DNA of 64,000 nucleotides from a virus (taxonomy: Duplodnaviria > Caudoviricetes), in the IMG/VR virus record IMGVR_UViG_3300033066_001173, positions 4,880 to 68,879 of that record, one strand, 5' to 3'. The notes beneath the pieces were generated by a model. It was not told the origin of the DNA and made no database searches. It worked only from the letters and a program-made list of their open reading frames with translations. Both the position numbers and the translations under genes were made by a program. Below are positions 39,301 to 48,660 of this stretch, piece after piece. Position 1 is the stretch's first letter, and each line of letters begins with the position of its first letter.

Positions 39301-40809
39301 GAGGAGGGAGAGGCTAAGGATAAAGCAACACTTGAGGTTCTTAATTATATAGCAGATCAAATGCCTCCTACAAAAGGAGAGCTGTTTGATGCCTTTCGTT
39401 ATCAAAATATTCTTTCGAATCCAAGGACTCATATGAGGAATATTTACGGGAACGCATTTAATATGTTGATATCAAGGCCTCTTGATATGATAGCGGAGTC
39501 TACAATCGATTACCTTAAAAATCCACTTAATCCCATAGAGAGAGAGATGAGATTTTCGGGAGCTCCTAAGTACTTATGGGAGATATTTAAGAATATACCA
39601 GAGGCTTCTGCCGGATTTATTGAGGCATTTAGGAACGGTTACATTTCAGAGAATGTAATTGAAGGAGGCTTTGATAAAGGGAGTATAGAGACGATAAGAA
39701 AATCTAAGTATCCAAAAGCATTAACCGTTGTTCCTCGTTTTATGGAGGCGCAAGATAAGTTCTTTAGCGTATTAATAGGCCAAGGGGAAAAGTCCAGGCT
39801 AATGGCCAATGGAGTTCCTGAATTTGAGGCAACGGCCAGGGCTAGAATTCTAGGAAAAAAATACTTATTACGTGAAAAATTGGGGGAAAACTTAGAAGAT
39901 CAGGCTGTCGTATCAAGGGCGATAGAGTTCATTGCAAAGATGGCTACTAAGGCTAGGGATTATTCTTATATAACAAAGGATGGGAAAAAGGTAAATAGTG
40001 GAAAGTTTGTAGGATGGTTTATCCCTTTTATCACTACTCCGGCTAATGCTGCTAAAATGTCAATAGAGAGATCGCCTTTTGGTTTTATTGGCGGGTCTTA
40101 CAGTAAAGAGCAGATTGCAAGAGCTACATTGGGAAGCATTGTATCTGGAGTTGGTCTTTCTTTGGCAATGAACAACATGACATCATGGACGCCTCCTAAA
40201 GACAAGAAAGAGAAGGAGTTATTTTATGCTTCCGGAAGAAAGCCGTTCTCTGTTAAAATAGGAGACAAGTGGGTGCCAATGATTTACTTTGGTCCATTTT
40301 CTTTAGCATTAGCACTTCCTGCTGCACTAAAGCACTACCACGAAGACACTGGAGAAAGTGTTTCTCAGTCAGAGATAGAAACTATTACGGAGGGAATATT
40401 GAGTATTGGTGGCTATATCTCTTCTCAAACTGCGTTGTCTGGAATTGGAGGAGTTGTAAAAGCTTTTGAGGGAGATGTAGACTATAAAAATCTACAAAAC
40501 TTCGGTATGATTTCCGAGCAGGTAATACCGCTAGTTGGGCTGGTTAAATATATAAACACTATTATGGACCCTGTATTTAGAAAGGCTAAAGGATATAAAG
40601 AATCTATTTATAAGGATCTTCCGGTTTTATCCAAGCAATTGGAGGGCATACAAACACCAGATGGGGAAGATGCAACTAGGGATGTGTTTAATTATTTTAT
40701 GCCATACGACTTAGGAAAGGCAGATAAAGAGTATGAAGAAGCTCTTGGAGAAAGAAGAGATGATATAAAAGAATCCAAGCAAGAAAAACTAGACGATCAA
40801 GAAGAGTAA
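36373..40809 (+). CDS. Large putative ejected cargo protein 3
   Basis: 1478 aa with Gly/Ala hydrophobic helices and a large polyvalent-like C-terminus; no RNA polymerase motif seen. Confidence 0.6.
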   Translation: MSFDPNKPFDVLEDSSSFDPSKPFDVLDEGVKKKEQEVPFLNTPLIKSKESAYQPDELGLEAPSISNKPFEFKFGEPSEVSSPKSVTTLSGAVQTSPGYKPTPITEKELKDLEKIGIYNEGILNKEKQKLSQLYQNSSKSYKNTLNDFNVKIRDLNKDISESEFIKNSDPTFEQNPNYIDLQKQIEEKSKSIEPVKKNLDSWYSLNSNTEKSLSDIEQKLNKITTKETDLVEGIGKTFVKATSDFYRTLDGYSRLLSDVTGLPKSDYFKKVVEANDKYADTNLKDLPDNVGGDIVGGVVGMAPLIAETLLPIKVKGFGGATISHPVSTALSFNDFGKKYSETGSLSQASDAALEGYKEGWKLHAMGYVGGKAGEAVGKVTDKLTGTLAGMVASGGIFGSDEALREYLATKKIDARKVAAAAGMGIAFELPKLAEANYTKAVDKTFSSSPEAIESANAINQTPQELREKAAEMMKQASETDNKDHQQQLILTAKTLDAAADIKVITSDIVDDPSLVIKKIEESGITPEEKSESIDKVNRIVADNDPAVKETQPIRDEITDVKSQLKTINDNPYLDSQVKIAQSEPLNKKLNELNSNLNKQVQNVDASKTKEAEEAVRVLTPRAQEVLDNSLKEFESSGEERKVELINKVKSELEKNDQGIERIGMGLDADMVSAGKEFISQVEKLKPIEDAIRKRISEEIPLGETPGDSTEVVGRVSESKELTKEGEKDPVIQEKENFLRKAADLLEKGKLGDITMSGVPFFKETWNGAIDITAAALRAGADVGDALVKGLEYIKNSDWYKGLDEKLKARAEDRFKKHWDESTRELPKGIIETIKSSEKTSEGLKKKVAELDEFYKVLTNKEAIEKSDKRIEKDPYKAKEEVLSNSTPDAIKSVMAIRLIKHFEATKDYDSALELIDNYDKQLREAGRFIQAASLWNKMDPATVVRFATKEATKLGKELPKEVQKTILVKMEEIGKMEEGEAKDKATLEVLNYIADQMPPTKGELFDAFRYQNILSNPRTHMRNIYGNAFNMLISRPLDMIAESTIDYLKNPLNPIEREMRFSGAPKYLWEIFKNIPEASAGFIEAFRNGYISENVIEGGFDKGSIETIRKSKYPKALTVVPRFMEAQDKFFSVLIGQGEKSRLMANGVPEFEATARARILGKKYLLREKLGENLEDQAVVSRAIEFIAKMATKARDYSYITKDGKKVNSGKFVGWFIPFITTPANAAKMSIERSPFGFIGGSYSKEQIARATLGSIVSGVGLSLAMNNMTSWTPPKDKKEKELFYASGRKPFSVKIGDKWVPMIYFGPFSLALALPAALKHYHEDTGESVSQSEIETITEGILSIGGYISSQTALSGIGGVVKAFEGDVDYKNLQNFGMISEQVIPLVGLVKYINTIMDPVFRKAKGYKESIYKDLPVLSKQLEGIQTPDGEDATRDVFNYFMPYDLGKADKEYEEALGERRDDIKESKQEKLDDQEE

Positions 40810-40811
40810 AC

Positions 40812-41357
40812 ATGAGAGAAGTCGATATTTGGTATAATGAGATTAGGCACACCATAGGAAGTGGGTGGATTGTTTTATTTAGAGGAAAGTCTCTTTTGTC
40901 TAAGACTATTCAGTTTTTTGACAAAGCCTATTTTAATCATGCCGGTGTCGTTGTTAAATACGGAGATAGATTATTTATAATTGACTCTAATGCAAGAGGA
41001 GTTCATCCGGAATTTCTGAGTCATCGAATATCTCAATACGAGGACGTATGCTTCTTGCAACCGCTGTATAGTAAAGAGATATTGGATAGCGCAGTTGAAA
41101 AAGTTCTTTCTAAGGCAGAGGAGGGAATAAAATACGACTTTTTACTGCTTCCGCAGATAGCCATTAAAAGGTATTTCGGCATTAAAATTAAAATGAACGA
41201 CAACAAAAGGAGGGACATCTGTAGTGAGTTTGTCCGGAGATACACTCTCGAAATAGGTTCGAATACTTATTCTCAAGAATCATTGGGGTCTGTCGAGATA
41301 TCTCCGCAAGATTTCGTTAGAAATATTGACCTTGAATATGTTATTCACAGAAATTAA
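40812..41357 (+). CDS. Permuted papain-like NlpC/P60 (YiiX/YebB-like) hydrolase
   Basis: GWIVLFRGKSLLSKTI, FNHAGVV (His), ICSEFV (Cys) in permuted order. Confidence 0.8.
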   Translation: MREVDIWYNEIRHTIGSGWIVLFRGKSLLSKTIQFFDKAYFNHAGVVVKYGDRLFIIDSNARGVHPEFLSHRISQYEDVCFLQPLYSKEILDSAVEKVLSKAEEGIKYDFLLLPQIAIKRYFGIKIKMNDNKRRDICSEFVRRYTLEIGSNTYSQESLGSVEISPQDFVRNIDLEYVIHRN

Positions 41358-41408
41358 ATAAATTAATTTACATTTGTATCAAAGTAGAAATTTTTAATAA
41401 AAAACAAC

Positions 41409-41879
41409 ATGGCAACAAACACTGGAAACTCTGACTTATTTCTTGTAACAACAAAGAGAACCGTCCCTGCTAGTACATCACCATCTGGAACCTTAAGTTC
41501 AAACAACACGGAGCTTTATGGAGCGGGAACCTCATTTCTTTCTGTTATCAGGCCTGGAGATTGGATAGTTGATTTGACTAATAACGAGAAAAGGGCTGTT
41601 GTTAGTGTTCAGTCTGACACATTGGCTCAAATTGAGTCTGCATTTACAACTCCACTTTCCGGAACTACATTTATAGCTGTTGCTGGATCTAGATTGGTTG
41701 AGATTGCTTTTTTAAATGCAGGAGGTGGGATTGCTCAAATTAATGGGGTAAATATTCCGGCCAATGCATACGGATCTTGGGGTAAAAATTCTAGATCACA
41801 GACTGAAGGCGGTAGATACATAGACCCAATAATCGTTGACGGCAGTACCTCCAACGTTCTAATGGAGACATTGAAATAA
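41409..41879 (+). CDS. Virion structural protein (hypothetical)
   Basis: 156 aa, beta-rich; promoter TACATTTG at 41369-41376. Confidence 0.55.
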   Translation: MATNTGNSDLFLVTTKRTVPASTSPSGTLSSNNTELYGAGTSFLSVIRPGDWIVDLTNNEKRAVVSVQSDTLAQIESAFTTPLSGTTFIAVAGSRLVEIAFLNAGGGIAQINGVNIPANAYGSWGKNSRSQTEGGRYIDPIIVDGSTSNVLMETLK

Positions 41880-41908
41880 TATTAATACGTGGGCATACCT
41901 GAAATTAC

Positions 41909-44653
41909 ATGGCATTAGGAATAAATAATTCATTTGGATCTCCTGGGACTGTTTTTAACTTCTCATTCACCAATGCCAATGGATTTACTGGAGTCGTAAC
42001 TAGCCCAACAACTAGCCCTAATTTAACGCTGTCGATATCTGATTCAAGAATTACGTCGGCCTTGTTGACGGGATATGTAGTTGGAGCAAATACCGCAATT
42101 GCTGCTTCAGATAGCATATTGTCTGCCTTTGAAAAAGTTCAATCACAAATAAATGCAATCAATCTAACAGGAAATGTATATAAAATCGCATATTATGAGG
42201 AAGTTAGTGCAACAAGCGGCACAATCACAATTCCGACTGGATCAACAATCCTCCTTAATCAACTCCCCGCCGGTGCCGATGCCCTTGTCTCAAAAGTCAA
42301 CGTTAAGCCGACTGGTGAAAATCCTACAACAGCAGGTGGAGCTCAAGTGGATGTCTCTTCCTTTGATGCGCTGGGGAATTATTCTCTTAATGGCACTCCA
42401 AGTGCTTATCCTGTTGCGATAATATTTTGGCTTGCAGTTCCTGCCGATCAGTACGATAATTTAAACATACAGAACATTTTAGAGGAAGAAATAGGGTATT
42501 CTCAGCAAGTGAGAGACACTTTATTGACTGGATATGTTTCCGGATCAAACACTCCAATAACTTCAGCAAATAGCGTTCTAACAGCATTTCAGGATTTACA
42601 GGCGCAGATAACTGCTGGAGGTGGCGGCCCAACTGGAAGTGGAACAGCAAATTTTGGAACTAAATGGACTGGAACTACAACGCTCGGAAATTCACTATAC
42701 CAAGATAACGGAACAGAAACATCAATAGGAGTTTCCCCTGTTTCGGGAACAAGATTCAATATACAAGGTGTTGGTACAACAAGTGCAACCTTTGGAATAA
42801 AAGTTCAAAATTCATCCGGAACAAACAATGCTTTTTTGGTAAGGAACGATGGCTTTAGCTCTATGGGTAGTGCGGTTGTAACATCAACTAGATTTAACAT
42901 ACAGAGTAGTGGAACATCAACAACAACCTTTGCTTTAAAGTTAGATAACAGTACACCAAACCCTATTGCGTATTTTAGAAGTGACAGGAGAATGAGTTTA
43001 GGTACATCTACATTTGCAAGCAACACAGCCTTTACATTAGATGCTAATGCTACTTCGGTAGGGATGAATATTAGCAATTTCACAACTGATGGTTTATATA
43101 TAAGTTCTTCCGCCAACTCTACAAGAGGTTTTGAATCTAGCATGACTGGTGATAGTTCAATATCGGCACTCCTATATAGTGCAGGTCTAGATAGCTATGG
43201 GATGTTTATGGAAATGACTGGAACTGGGACAGGCGGAGCAGGTGTTTGGATTGACAATCAGTCGAGCGGTTCGCCTTCTATTCATTGCGTAAGCCCCGGT
43301 GTTGGCTCTAATTATTTTATGATAGACAGCAATTCAGCTATTGTTTATCAAGATGGAACACAAGGTGTAGGAAAGTTTTTAACGAGTGATGCAAATGGGC
43401 TGGCAAGTTGGGGAAGTGCTTTAGCCCCTGTATCATTAAGTGCTAACTTCATGTTGTATTCGACAGGCACAGGCACGTTTACAGGAACGGCAAACGCTAA
43501 TTTAGATTCGGGAGGAAGTATAAGTATAAATGGAGACCTGACATTAGCTGATTCAAACAAAATTATAAGATTAGGATTAGACCAAATAATAGATTATAAT
43601 GCTGGAAGTGGAGAGTTGCGAATAGGAGATTGTATTAATCTTACGCACGACTTAACGCTATATGGAACAGCAGCAACTTTTTTTCTTGATACAAAAAGCC
43701 TGATCGCTTGGGGAGATGATGGATTTCATGTATATAGTGGAGATGGCTCTCTTACATATATGTCAGCGAGTAGCACCAACGTAATTGCTTACAACAATCT
43801 CATTGTTGGAGATGGAACTGCTGCGGATAGGTCGCTAACATTCAGTAGCTCTGCAAATGATGGTAAGCTAACATGGAAAGAATCACAAGGAACTTTAAAT
43901 TTAACAAGAAATTCGGTAGCTTATTTTGAATATCCTACATGGAATGCTTTGTTTACCGTTAACGAAGAATCGGGATTAGGCTCTGCATTTACAGCATGGT
44001 TAAAGCCAACAACAGCAGCGAGTTATTACTCAGCCTTTTTTGGCGGAATGCAAGATAGTGGAGGTTCGGCAGTATCAACAGCGTACGCAGTTGGATTAAC
44101 AGGTTATAATTACATTAACGGAACGAATACACGTACACATACTTTTTTATGTGGCGGTGAAAATACAACAGAATTCGGCTCTTCTGCAAACAACTTAACG
44201 GTTACAGAATTAATCGGTACACATACTTTGGCTGGTTCTAAATTTGGAGGTGCAGGAACGGTAACGGTAACGACCGCCTATGGTATAAAGATTGATAATG
44301 TTAGCGGATTTACACCAACAACTCATTACGGACTATACATATCTGCGATTTCAACAGGAACAACGAAATACGCTATCTATACAAATGCTGGTGATATAAG
44401 ATTTGGAGGCAATGTTACGTTGGCTGATGTTAATTTAGTTTTAGGAACAACAACAGGCACTAAGATAGGAACGGCAACAACTCAAAAGATAGGCTTTTGG
44501 AACGCAACGCCAATAGTACAGCCAACAACAGCGGTTGCCGGAGCAACATTCACAGTAAGTGCCGGAACGGCTGTAAACGATGCGAGTACATTTGATGGGT
44601 ACACAATTAAACAAGTAGTTAAAGCATTAAGAAACGAAGGGCTTTTAGCTTAA
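41909..44653 (+). CDS. Tail fibre / receptor-binding-like protein
   Basis: 914 aa, Gly/Thr/Ser-rich; C-terminus GTKIGTATTQKIGFWNATPIVQP...VVKALRNEGLLA. Confidence 0.7.
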   Translation: MALGINNSFGSPGTVFNFSFTNANGFTGVVTSPTTSPNLTLSISDSRITSALLTGYVVGANTAIAASDSILSAFEKVQSQINAINLTGNVYKIAYYEEVSATSGTITIPTGSTILLNQLPAGADALVSKVNVKPTGENPTTAGGAQVDVSSFDALGNYSLNGTPSAYPVAIIFWLAVPADQYDNLNIQNILEEEIGYSQQVRDTLLTGYVSGSNTPITSANSVLTAFQDLQAQITAGGGGPTGSGTANFGTKWTGTTTLGNSLYQDNGTETSIGVSPVSGTRFNIQGVGTTSATFGIKVQNSSGTNNAFLVRNDGFSSMGSAVVTSTRFNIQSSGTSTTTFALKLDNSTPNPIAYFRSDRRMSLGTSTFASNTAFTLDANATSVGMNISNFTTDGLYISSSANSTRGFESSMTGDSSISALLYSAGLDSYGMFMEMTGTGTGGAGVWIDNQSSGSPSIHCVSPGVGSNYFMIDSNSAIVYQDGTQGVGKFLTSDANGLASWGSALAPVSLSANFMLYSTGTGTFTGTANANLDSGGSISINGDLTLADSNKIIRLGLDQIIDYNAGSGELRIGDCINLTHDLTLYGTAATFFLDTKSLIAWGDDGFHVYSGDGSLTYMSASSTNVIAYNNLIVGDGTAADRSLTFSSSANDGKLTWKESQGTLNLTRNSVAYFEYPTWNALFTVNEESGLGSAFTAWLKPTTAASYYSAFFGGMQDSGGSAVSTAYAVGLTGYNYINGTNTRTHTFLCGGENTTEFGSSANNLTVTELIGTHTLAGSKFGGAGTVTVTTAYGIKIDNVSGFTPTTHYGLYISAISTGTTKYAIYTNAGDIRFGGNVTLADVNLVLGTTTGTKIGTATTQKIGFWNATPIVQPTTAVAGATFTVSAGTAVNDASTFDGYTIKQVVKALRNEGLLA

Positions 44654-44666
44654 TAAAACTAAAACT

Positions 44667-45176
44667 ATGTTTACAGGATTCACAGAGGTAACAGTTAAAA
44701 ATCAAGATGGTACAGATGCCATTGATGTAGTAACAGGGTTGAAATGTAAAAGACGTTGTATAGGTTTTTATCCAAACGGTGATACGGCTAAATTGCAAGT
44801 TGATTACTGGCAATGGCTTGTAGGTCTAAACGGGGAAATAAAGGATTTGACTAAAAAGAATTATTATGTTTACGATTCGCTAGACATTTATTATTCTTCG
44901 AGAGAGGTTAAAACGCCTGCAACTTTTTATGAGGCTGGCGAGACAATGACAGATGGTACTATAGCTTTGGGAGGTGAAATAAAAACACCGACTATAATGC
45001 ACGATGGCACAGAAATAAAAGTTCCAGCGAAAAATAATTTTACAACTTGGGCAAATTACGTAATAACAGAACAAATGGTAGGGCTAACGCTTACTCAACT
45101 TTTCATTGACGCTCAAATCAATCCGAGGCTGACTTTGTTGCCTATTGATGTTAAAAATAGTTACGACAATACATAA
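44667..45176 (+). CDS. Hypothetical protein after the fibre gene
   Basis: 169-aa ORF. Confidence 0.55.
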   Translation: MFTGFTEVTVKNQDGTDAIDVVTGLKCKRRCIGFYPNGDTAKLQVDYWQWLVGLNGEIKDLTKKNYYVYDSLDIYYSSREVKTPATFYEAGETMTDGTIALGGEIKTPTIMHDGTEIKVPAKNNFTTWANYVITEQMVGLTLTQLFIDAQINPRLTLLPIDVKNSYDNT

Positions 45177-45522
45177 ACGCATGATAGCAATGATAATGAG
45201 CGATGAAAGAGTGATAGCTCTTGCGATATGGGTTATAACTGGGTTGCTGTGTCTTATATCTGTTATGGGGGCTTTTGGAATTAAAATATACATTGCAATT
45301 CAAAAGAGAAGGAGCGCAAAAGTTGCTGAATTATTCGACGAAATAAGGGAATTTAGAGATAAATTAGTTGATGTTAAAGAAGAAGTGGCAGATATGAGCA
45401 CTAAGCTTCATGTGTTTATAGAAGAGGTTGTTAGCCTTAAAAACAATGTTTCGAAGATTACAGATGATATGCATAATGTAAAAGCAGACATAAGGGTAAT
45501 TAAAAGCACTTTAAAAATATGA
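45145..45522 (+). CDS. Holin-like protein (one TM helix plus coiled coil)
   Basis: VIALAIWVITGLLCLISVMGAFGI followed by heptad repeats; start codon uncertain. Confidence 0.5.
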   Translation: MMLKIVTTIHKRMIAMIMSDERVIALAIWVITGLLCLISVMGAFGIKIYIAIQKRRSAKVAELFDEIREFRDKLVDVKEEVADMSTKLHVFIEEVVSLKNNVSKITDDMHNVKADIRVIKSTLKI

Positions 45523-45971
45523 AAGAAGCAACCAGGAATACATTATTATCAGTATGGTATTTTATTTGGTATTGTATGACTCCGGCTGCGGTAGCTATAG
45601 TCTTATTCAAAGAACCGATTTTAAATGCATTATGGGAACACAAGTGGATTATGTTTCTTTCTTTCGCTGCGATGTTTAACGCCGTAATGGACTCGGTTGA
45701 GAATGAGCATATTTTAAGCACCGTATTTAAAAATTTAAAGGTTTCTTTTTGGAGTAAATTGAATAGTTGGGATAAAGCTAAAAAATTGTTCAATTATAAA
45801 TTTGATGCATGGCATTTGAGTAAGTCGGCCATGATAATTTGTTTTGCATTCTCTTTATGTTACTACGATACAACTTTGGGGTTTTGGCAAGATTTTATTT
45901 TGGCTGGTTGTATTTGGAACCACACATTTAATGGATTTTATTCACATTTATTTATAAGTAAAAATGGATAA
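45519..45971 (+). CDS. Multi-pass membrane protein of the lysis region
   Basis: Several hydrophobic helices; FNAVMD...DAWHLSKS motif. Confidence 0.6.
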   Translation: MKEATRNTLLSVWYFIWYCMTPAAVAIVLFKEPILNALWEHKWIMFLSFAAMFNAVMDSVENEHILSTVFKNLKVSFWSKLNSWDKAKKLFNYKFDAWHLSKSAMIICFAFSLCYYDTTLGFWQDFILAGCIWNHTFNGFYSHLFISKNG

Positions 45972-46476
45972 GGTAACGCTCGAAAGGGTGAAATTAATTC
46001 ATCCTAAATTAAGGAGTGAAGTAGAGGAGATTTACAAAGAGATTTGCGAGGCATTAAAGGGGAGGGTTCTTTGTAGATTTGCGTATACCTTGCGTTCGTT
46101 TTCTGAGCAGGATGCTTTGCATGCCCAAGGAAGAACTATTCCTAACACCAAGATTGTTACCAATGCTAAGGGAGGCCAGTCGTATCATAATTACGGGATG
46201 GCCATTGATATTGTTATGATATATGACAAAGATGGCAATGGATCTTATGAATCTGCGTCATGGGATACAAAAATAGATTTTGATGGAGATGGTAAGAGTG
46301 ATTGGCAGGAAGTAGTAGCTATCTTTAAAAGATACGGATGGGAGGCCGGAATAGATTGGCATGGATTTCCGGATGCCCCTCATTTTCAAAAATCACTAGG
46401 ATTCTCTATAATGGAGCTTCAAAAAAGATACAATGAAAAGAGGTTTATTCAAAACACTAACTATATATTAATCTAA
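45964..46476 (+). CDS. Endolysin, peptidase M15C (L-Ala-D-Glu) type
   Basis: TLRSFSEQDALHAQGRT, AKGGQSYHNYGMAID, DAPHFQ. Confidence 0.92.
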   Translation: MDKVTLERVKLIHPKLRSEVEEIYKEICEALKGRVLCRFAYTLRSFSEQDALHAQGRTIPNTKIVTNAKGGQSYHNYGMAIDIVMIYDKDGNGSYESASWDTKIDFDGDGKSDWQEVVAIFKRYGWEAGIDWHGFPDAPHFQKSLGFSIMELQKRYNEKRFIQNTNYILI

Positions 46477-46480
46477 TCCC

Positions 46481-46660
46481 ATGGACTATTTCTTTCCAAT
46501 TATGATGATATTGATGTCAATAACAGTTTCTGCATGGTATCTATACTCTGCCCCTGGTATTATTTTAGGAGAAGGGTGGAATAAAACATTTCTTAGGCTG
46601 TTTCTTATTGAGGCTTTCATAACAATCGTGGTACTAATATTTTCAATGCATAGTAAATAA
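46481..46660 (+). CDS. Small two-TM holin candidate (59 aa, not in the ORF track)
   Basis: MDYFFPIMMILMSITVSAWYLYSAPGIILGEGWNKTFLRLFLIEAFITIVVLIFSMHSK; fills the gap after the endolysin. Confidence 0.6.
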   Translation: MDYFFPIMMILMSITVSAWYLYSAPGIILGEGWNKTFLRLFLIEAFITIVVLIFSMHSK

Positions 46661-46662
46661 AC

Positions 46663-47010
46663 ATGTGGAAGGCAATAGTATTCCCCTTTAAGTGGTTTTT
46701 TTCTGCTTTTAATGTAAAGGAGGATGGCGGCCTAAGCATGAGAAAGGCTATCGTTATTTGGTGCATGATATTGGTTCAGCGAATGAATAATAAATACCTA
46801 GATGCGCAGAAAGATATTTTGGGTAATAGGGATGTTATATCGATTGGAGACTTCTCTTTAATCCCTACGTTAACGCTATATGCTTACATAATGATAGGAA
46901 TTTGTCTTGGAATGATAATGATCCCTCAGATATTGTCTGGACTGTCTATAATATTGAATAGAAATAACAAGGTTGATGAAAAAGAAAGTTCTAGTCCTAG
47001 CGTCAGTTAG
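46663..47010 (+). CDS. Holin candidate
   Basis: 115 aa with hydrophobic helices and a charged C-terminus. Confidence 0.5.
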   Translation: MWKAIVFPFKWFFSAFNVKEDGGLSMRKAIVIWCMILVQRMNNKYLDAQKDILGNRDVISIGDFSLIPTLTLYAYIMIGICLGMIMIPQILSGLSIILNRNNKVDEKESSSPSVS

Positions 47011-47329
47011 CGTAATAATAGCAATTTCAATTATAGCTTATAATTTATTACAGCTATTTGACATATCCGAGGATTCTGCCGAATACTATAAAAAACTTCA
47101 TAAAACAAATGATTCATTAATTCAGTTAAACATAGAAATTGATTCTAAGTATAGGATTTTGGAATTAAAATCTGACAGTGTAAAAAATATCATAACGGCC
47201 TCTAAAGAAAGAATAATTTATATAAAACAGAAACAGGATGAAGAAATTAAAACTATTAGTGGCTTTAATGGCAATCAGCTTTATGAGTATTTCTCAGGAC
47301 TTAAAACCCCTGATTATAGTTCAAAATAA
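46973..47329 (+). CDS. i-spanin-like protein
   Basis: N-terminal TM helix followed by a coiled coil; overlaps the next gene. Confidence 0.6.
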   Translation: MMKKKVLVLASVSVIIAISIIAYNLLQLFDISEDSAEYYKKLHKTNDSLIQLNIEIDSKYRILELKSDSVKNIITASKERIIYIKQKQDEEIKTISGFNGNQLYEYFSGLKTPDYSSK

Positions 47330-47651
47330 AGTTGATACATTGTATGGCTTTACAATACCGCAGTCAAAGTATATAGCGAAGAAAATATCTAATTCTATAC
47401 ATTGCGATTCGCTTGTTGTTGAGTTAAGTACAAGGATAAGATCATTTGAATACTTGGATGGAGTATGTGATGAAAAAGTCCGACTATTTCAACAAAAGGA
47501 GCAAAATTATAAGTTTTTATTGGTTAATAAAGACAAAGAAATAGCTGGATTGGGCAGTGATATTGTTATCTACAAAGATAAAATCAAGAAACAAAAAATA
47601 GTTTTTGTGGTTGTTGGATTGATTCTGTCTGCTATTATCGTAGGGAAATAG
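47238..47651 (+). CDS. Spanin-partner-like protein (signal peptide, coiled coil, C-terminal TM)
   Basis: Overlaps the i-spanin-like gene by 92 nt; no lipobox Cys. Confidence 0.5.
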   Translation: MKKLKLLVALMAISFMSISQDLKPLIIVQNKVDTLYGFTIPQSKYIAKKISNSIHCDSLVVELSTRIRSFEYLDGVCDEKVRLFQQKEQNYKFLLVNKDKEIAGLGSDIVIYKDKIKKQKIVFVVVGLILSAIIVGK

Positions 47652-47774
47652 CTAAAACCTGCCTTGGCCGACATACTTTTTACCTGAAGAGTGTTTGTTG
47701 GTATGTTTCTTTGCAATTCCTTTTCTCTTTTTCTTTTTTAGTACTACAGCTGTAGTTGCTTTTCCTTTGGCCAT
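47652..47774 (-). CDS. Small very basic protein (40 aa, not in the ORF track)
   Basis: MAKGKATTAVVLKKKKRKGIAKKHTNKHSSGKKYVGQGRF; its stop abuts the stop of the spanin-partner gene. Confidence 0.65.
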   Translation of the reverse strand: MAKGKATTAVVLKKKKRKGIAKKHTNKHSSGKKYVGQGRF

Positions 47775-47839
47775 TTCATATTAATTTCCTGTAAAAATAT
47801 ATATTTATTCAAATCGTAAGTATTTTTTTAGTAATAAAC

Positions 47840-47881
47840 TATGCAATAACTATTGCATAAATGGAATAATTATTATATTTG
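47840..47881 (+). promoter_or_regulatory. Promoter with palindromic operator
   Basis: TATGCAATA-AC-TATTGCATA overlaps the -33 box; TATATTTG at 47874-47881. Confidence 0.7.
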
Positions 47882-47897
47882 AGCAAAATTATTAAAC

Positions 47898-48281
47898 ATG
47901 AAAATAAAGAACTCTGAAATTAACGTATTATCAAGCGCATTAGTAGAATTAGCTAGTGTAAAAACAGGATTTAAAATTGGGTATGCGGCAGTAAAATCCA
48001 TAAGAAAATTAGAAGGAGCAGCAAAAGACTATGAGAAAGCAAGAATTTCTATAGTTGAGAAGTATGCCCAAAAGGGGGAGAATGGAGTTCCAAAAGTAGA
48101 GGACAAGCAGTATGTTTTCGAAACTCCGGAAATAAAAGAAGTAGTTGAAAAAGAAGTTGCTGGCCTTAATGACATGGAAATAGAGGTAGAGATACATTCT
48201 TTGCCATCAAAGGATTTCGAGCTAGTTGCTGATATTACCCCGGCTCTTATCTACAGGCTAGGAAAATTCATAGAAGAATAA
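47898..48281 (+). CDS. DUF1617-like phage protein
   Basis: MKIKNSEI...GFKIGYA..KSIRKL...YEKAR..IVEKYA.K.ENG pattern. Confidence 0.55.
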   Translation: MKIKNSEINVLSSALVELASVKTGFKIGYAAVKSIRKLEGAAKDYEKARISIVEKYAQKGENGVPKVEDKQYVFETPEIKEVVEKEVAGLNDMEIEVEIHSLPSKDFELVADITPALIYRLGKFIEE

Positions 48282-48290
48282 TTTAACACG

Positions 48291-48329
48291 AGTTGCATAA
48301 TTAAATTAATTGTTTTATCTTTGCAACCT
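48291..48329 (+). promoter_or_regulatory. Repeated promoter, copy 1
   Basis: AGTTGCA-N15-TTTTATCTTTGCAACCT, same as copy 2. Confidence 0.8.
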
Positions 48330-48342
48330 AATTATAGTTGTG

Positions 48343-48621
48343 ATGAGAAATAAGAACAAAAGCAAGTTTGTTAAAGTAGATGCAGTCTTTACCCCAAGCA
48401 TAAAGACACTTAAAGAGGCCACCATTGAAGCCAATGGGAGATCTAGGCAGTATATAGAGCAGCAAGATTTGACGTGGGGAGTTATTCTTTATAACAAGAA
48501 TACCGGGGATAATGGAACCAAAGTCATTGTATGCGACGATAAATACAATGACTTCATTGAAGTATGCCACTCCTACGACAATGCCAGGAGCATTAAGAAG
48601 AGAAGAAAATCAACAAAATAA
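48343..48621 (+). CDS. Hypothetical protein
   Basis: Start refined to ATG 48343, downstream of the promoter. Confidence 0.55.
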   Translation: MRNKNKSKFVKVDAVFTPSIKTLKEATIEANGRSRQYIEQQDLTWGVILYNKNTGDNGTKVIVCDDKYNDFIEVCHSYDNARSIKKRRKSTK

Positions 48622-48660
48622 TTTATTTTTAATCCGCACTAAAATAATAGTGCTAAAAAT

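Noticed and set aside
36373-40809. Virion RNA polymerase
   Set aside because: No DxDxD catalytic motif or double-psi barrel signature was recognised.
20042-45950. DnaA-box-like TTATTCACA 9-mers (near 20043, 41341, 45939)
   Set aside because: They are isolated, inside coding regions and unclustered, as expected by chance in AT-rich DNA.
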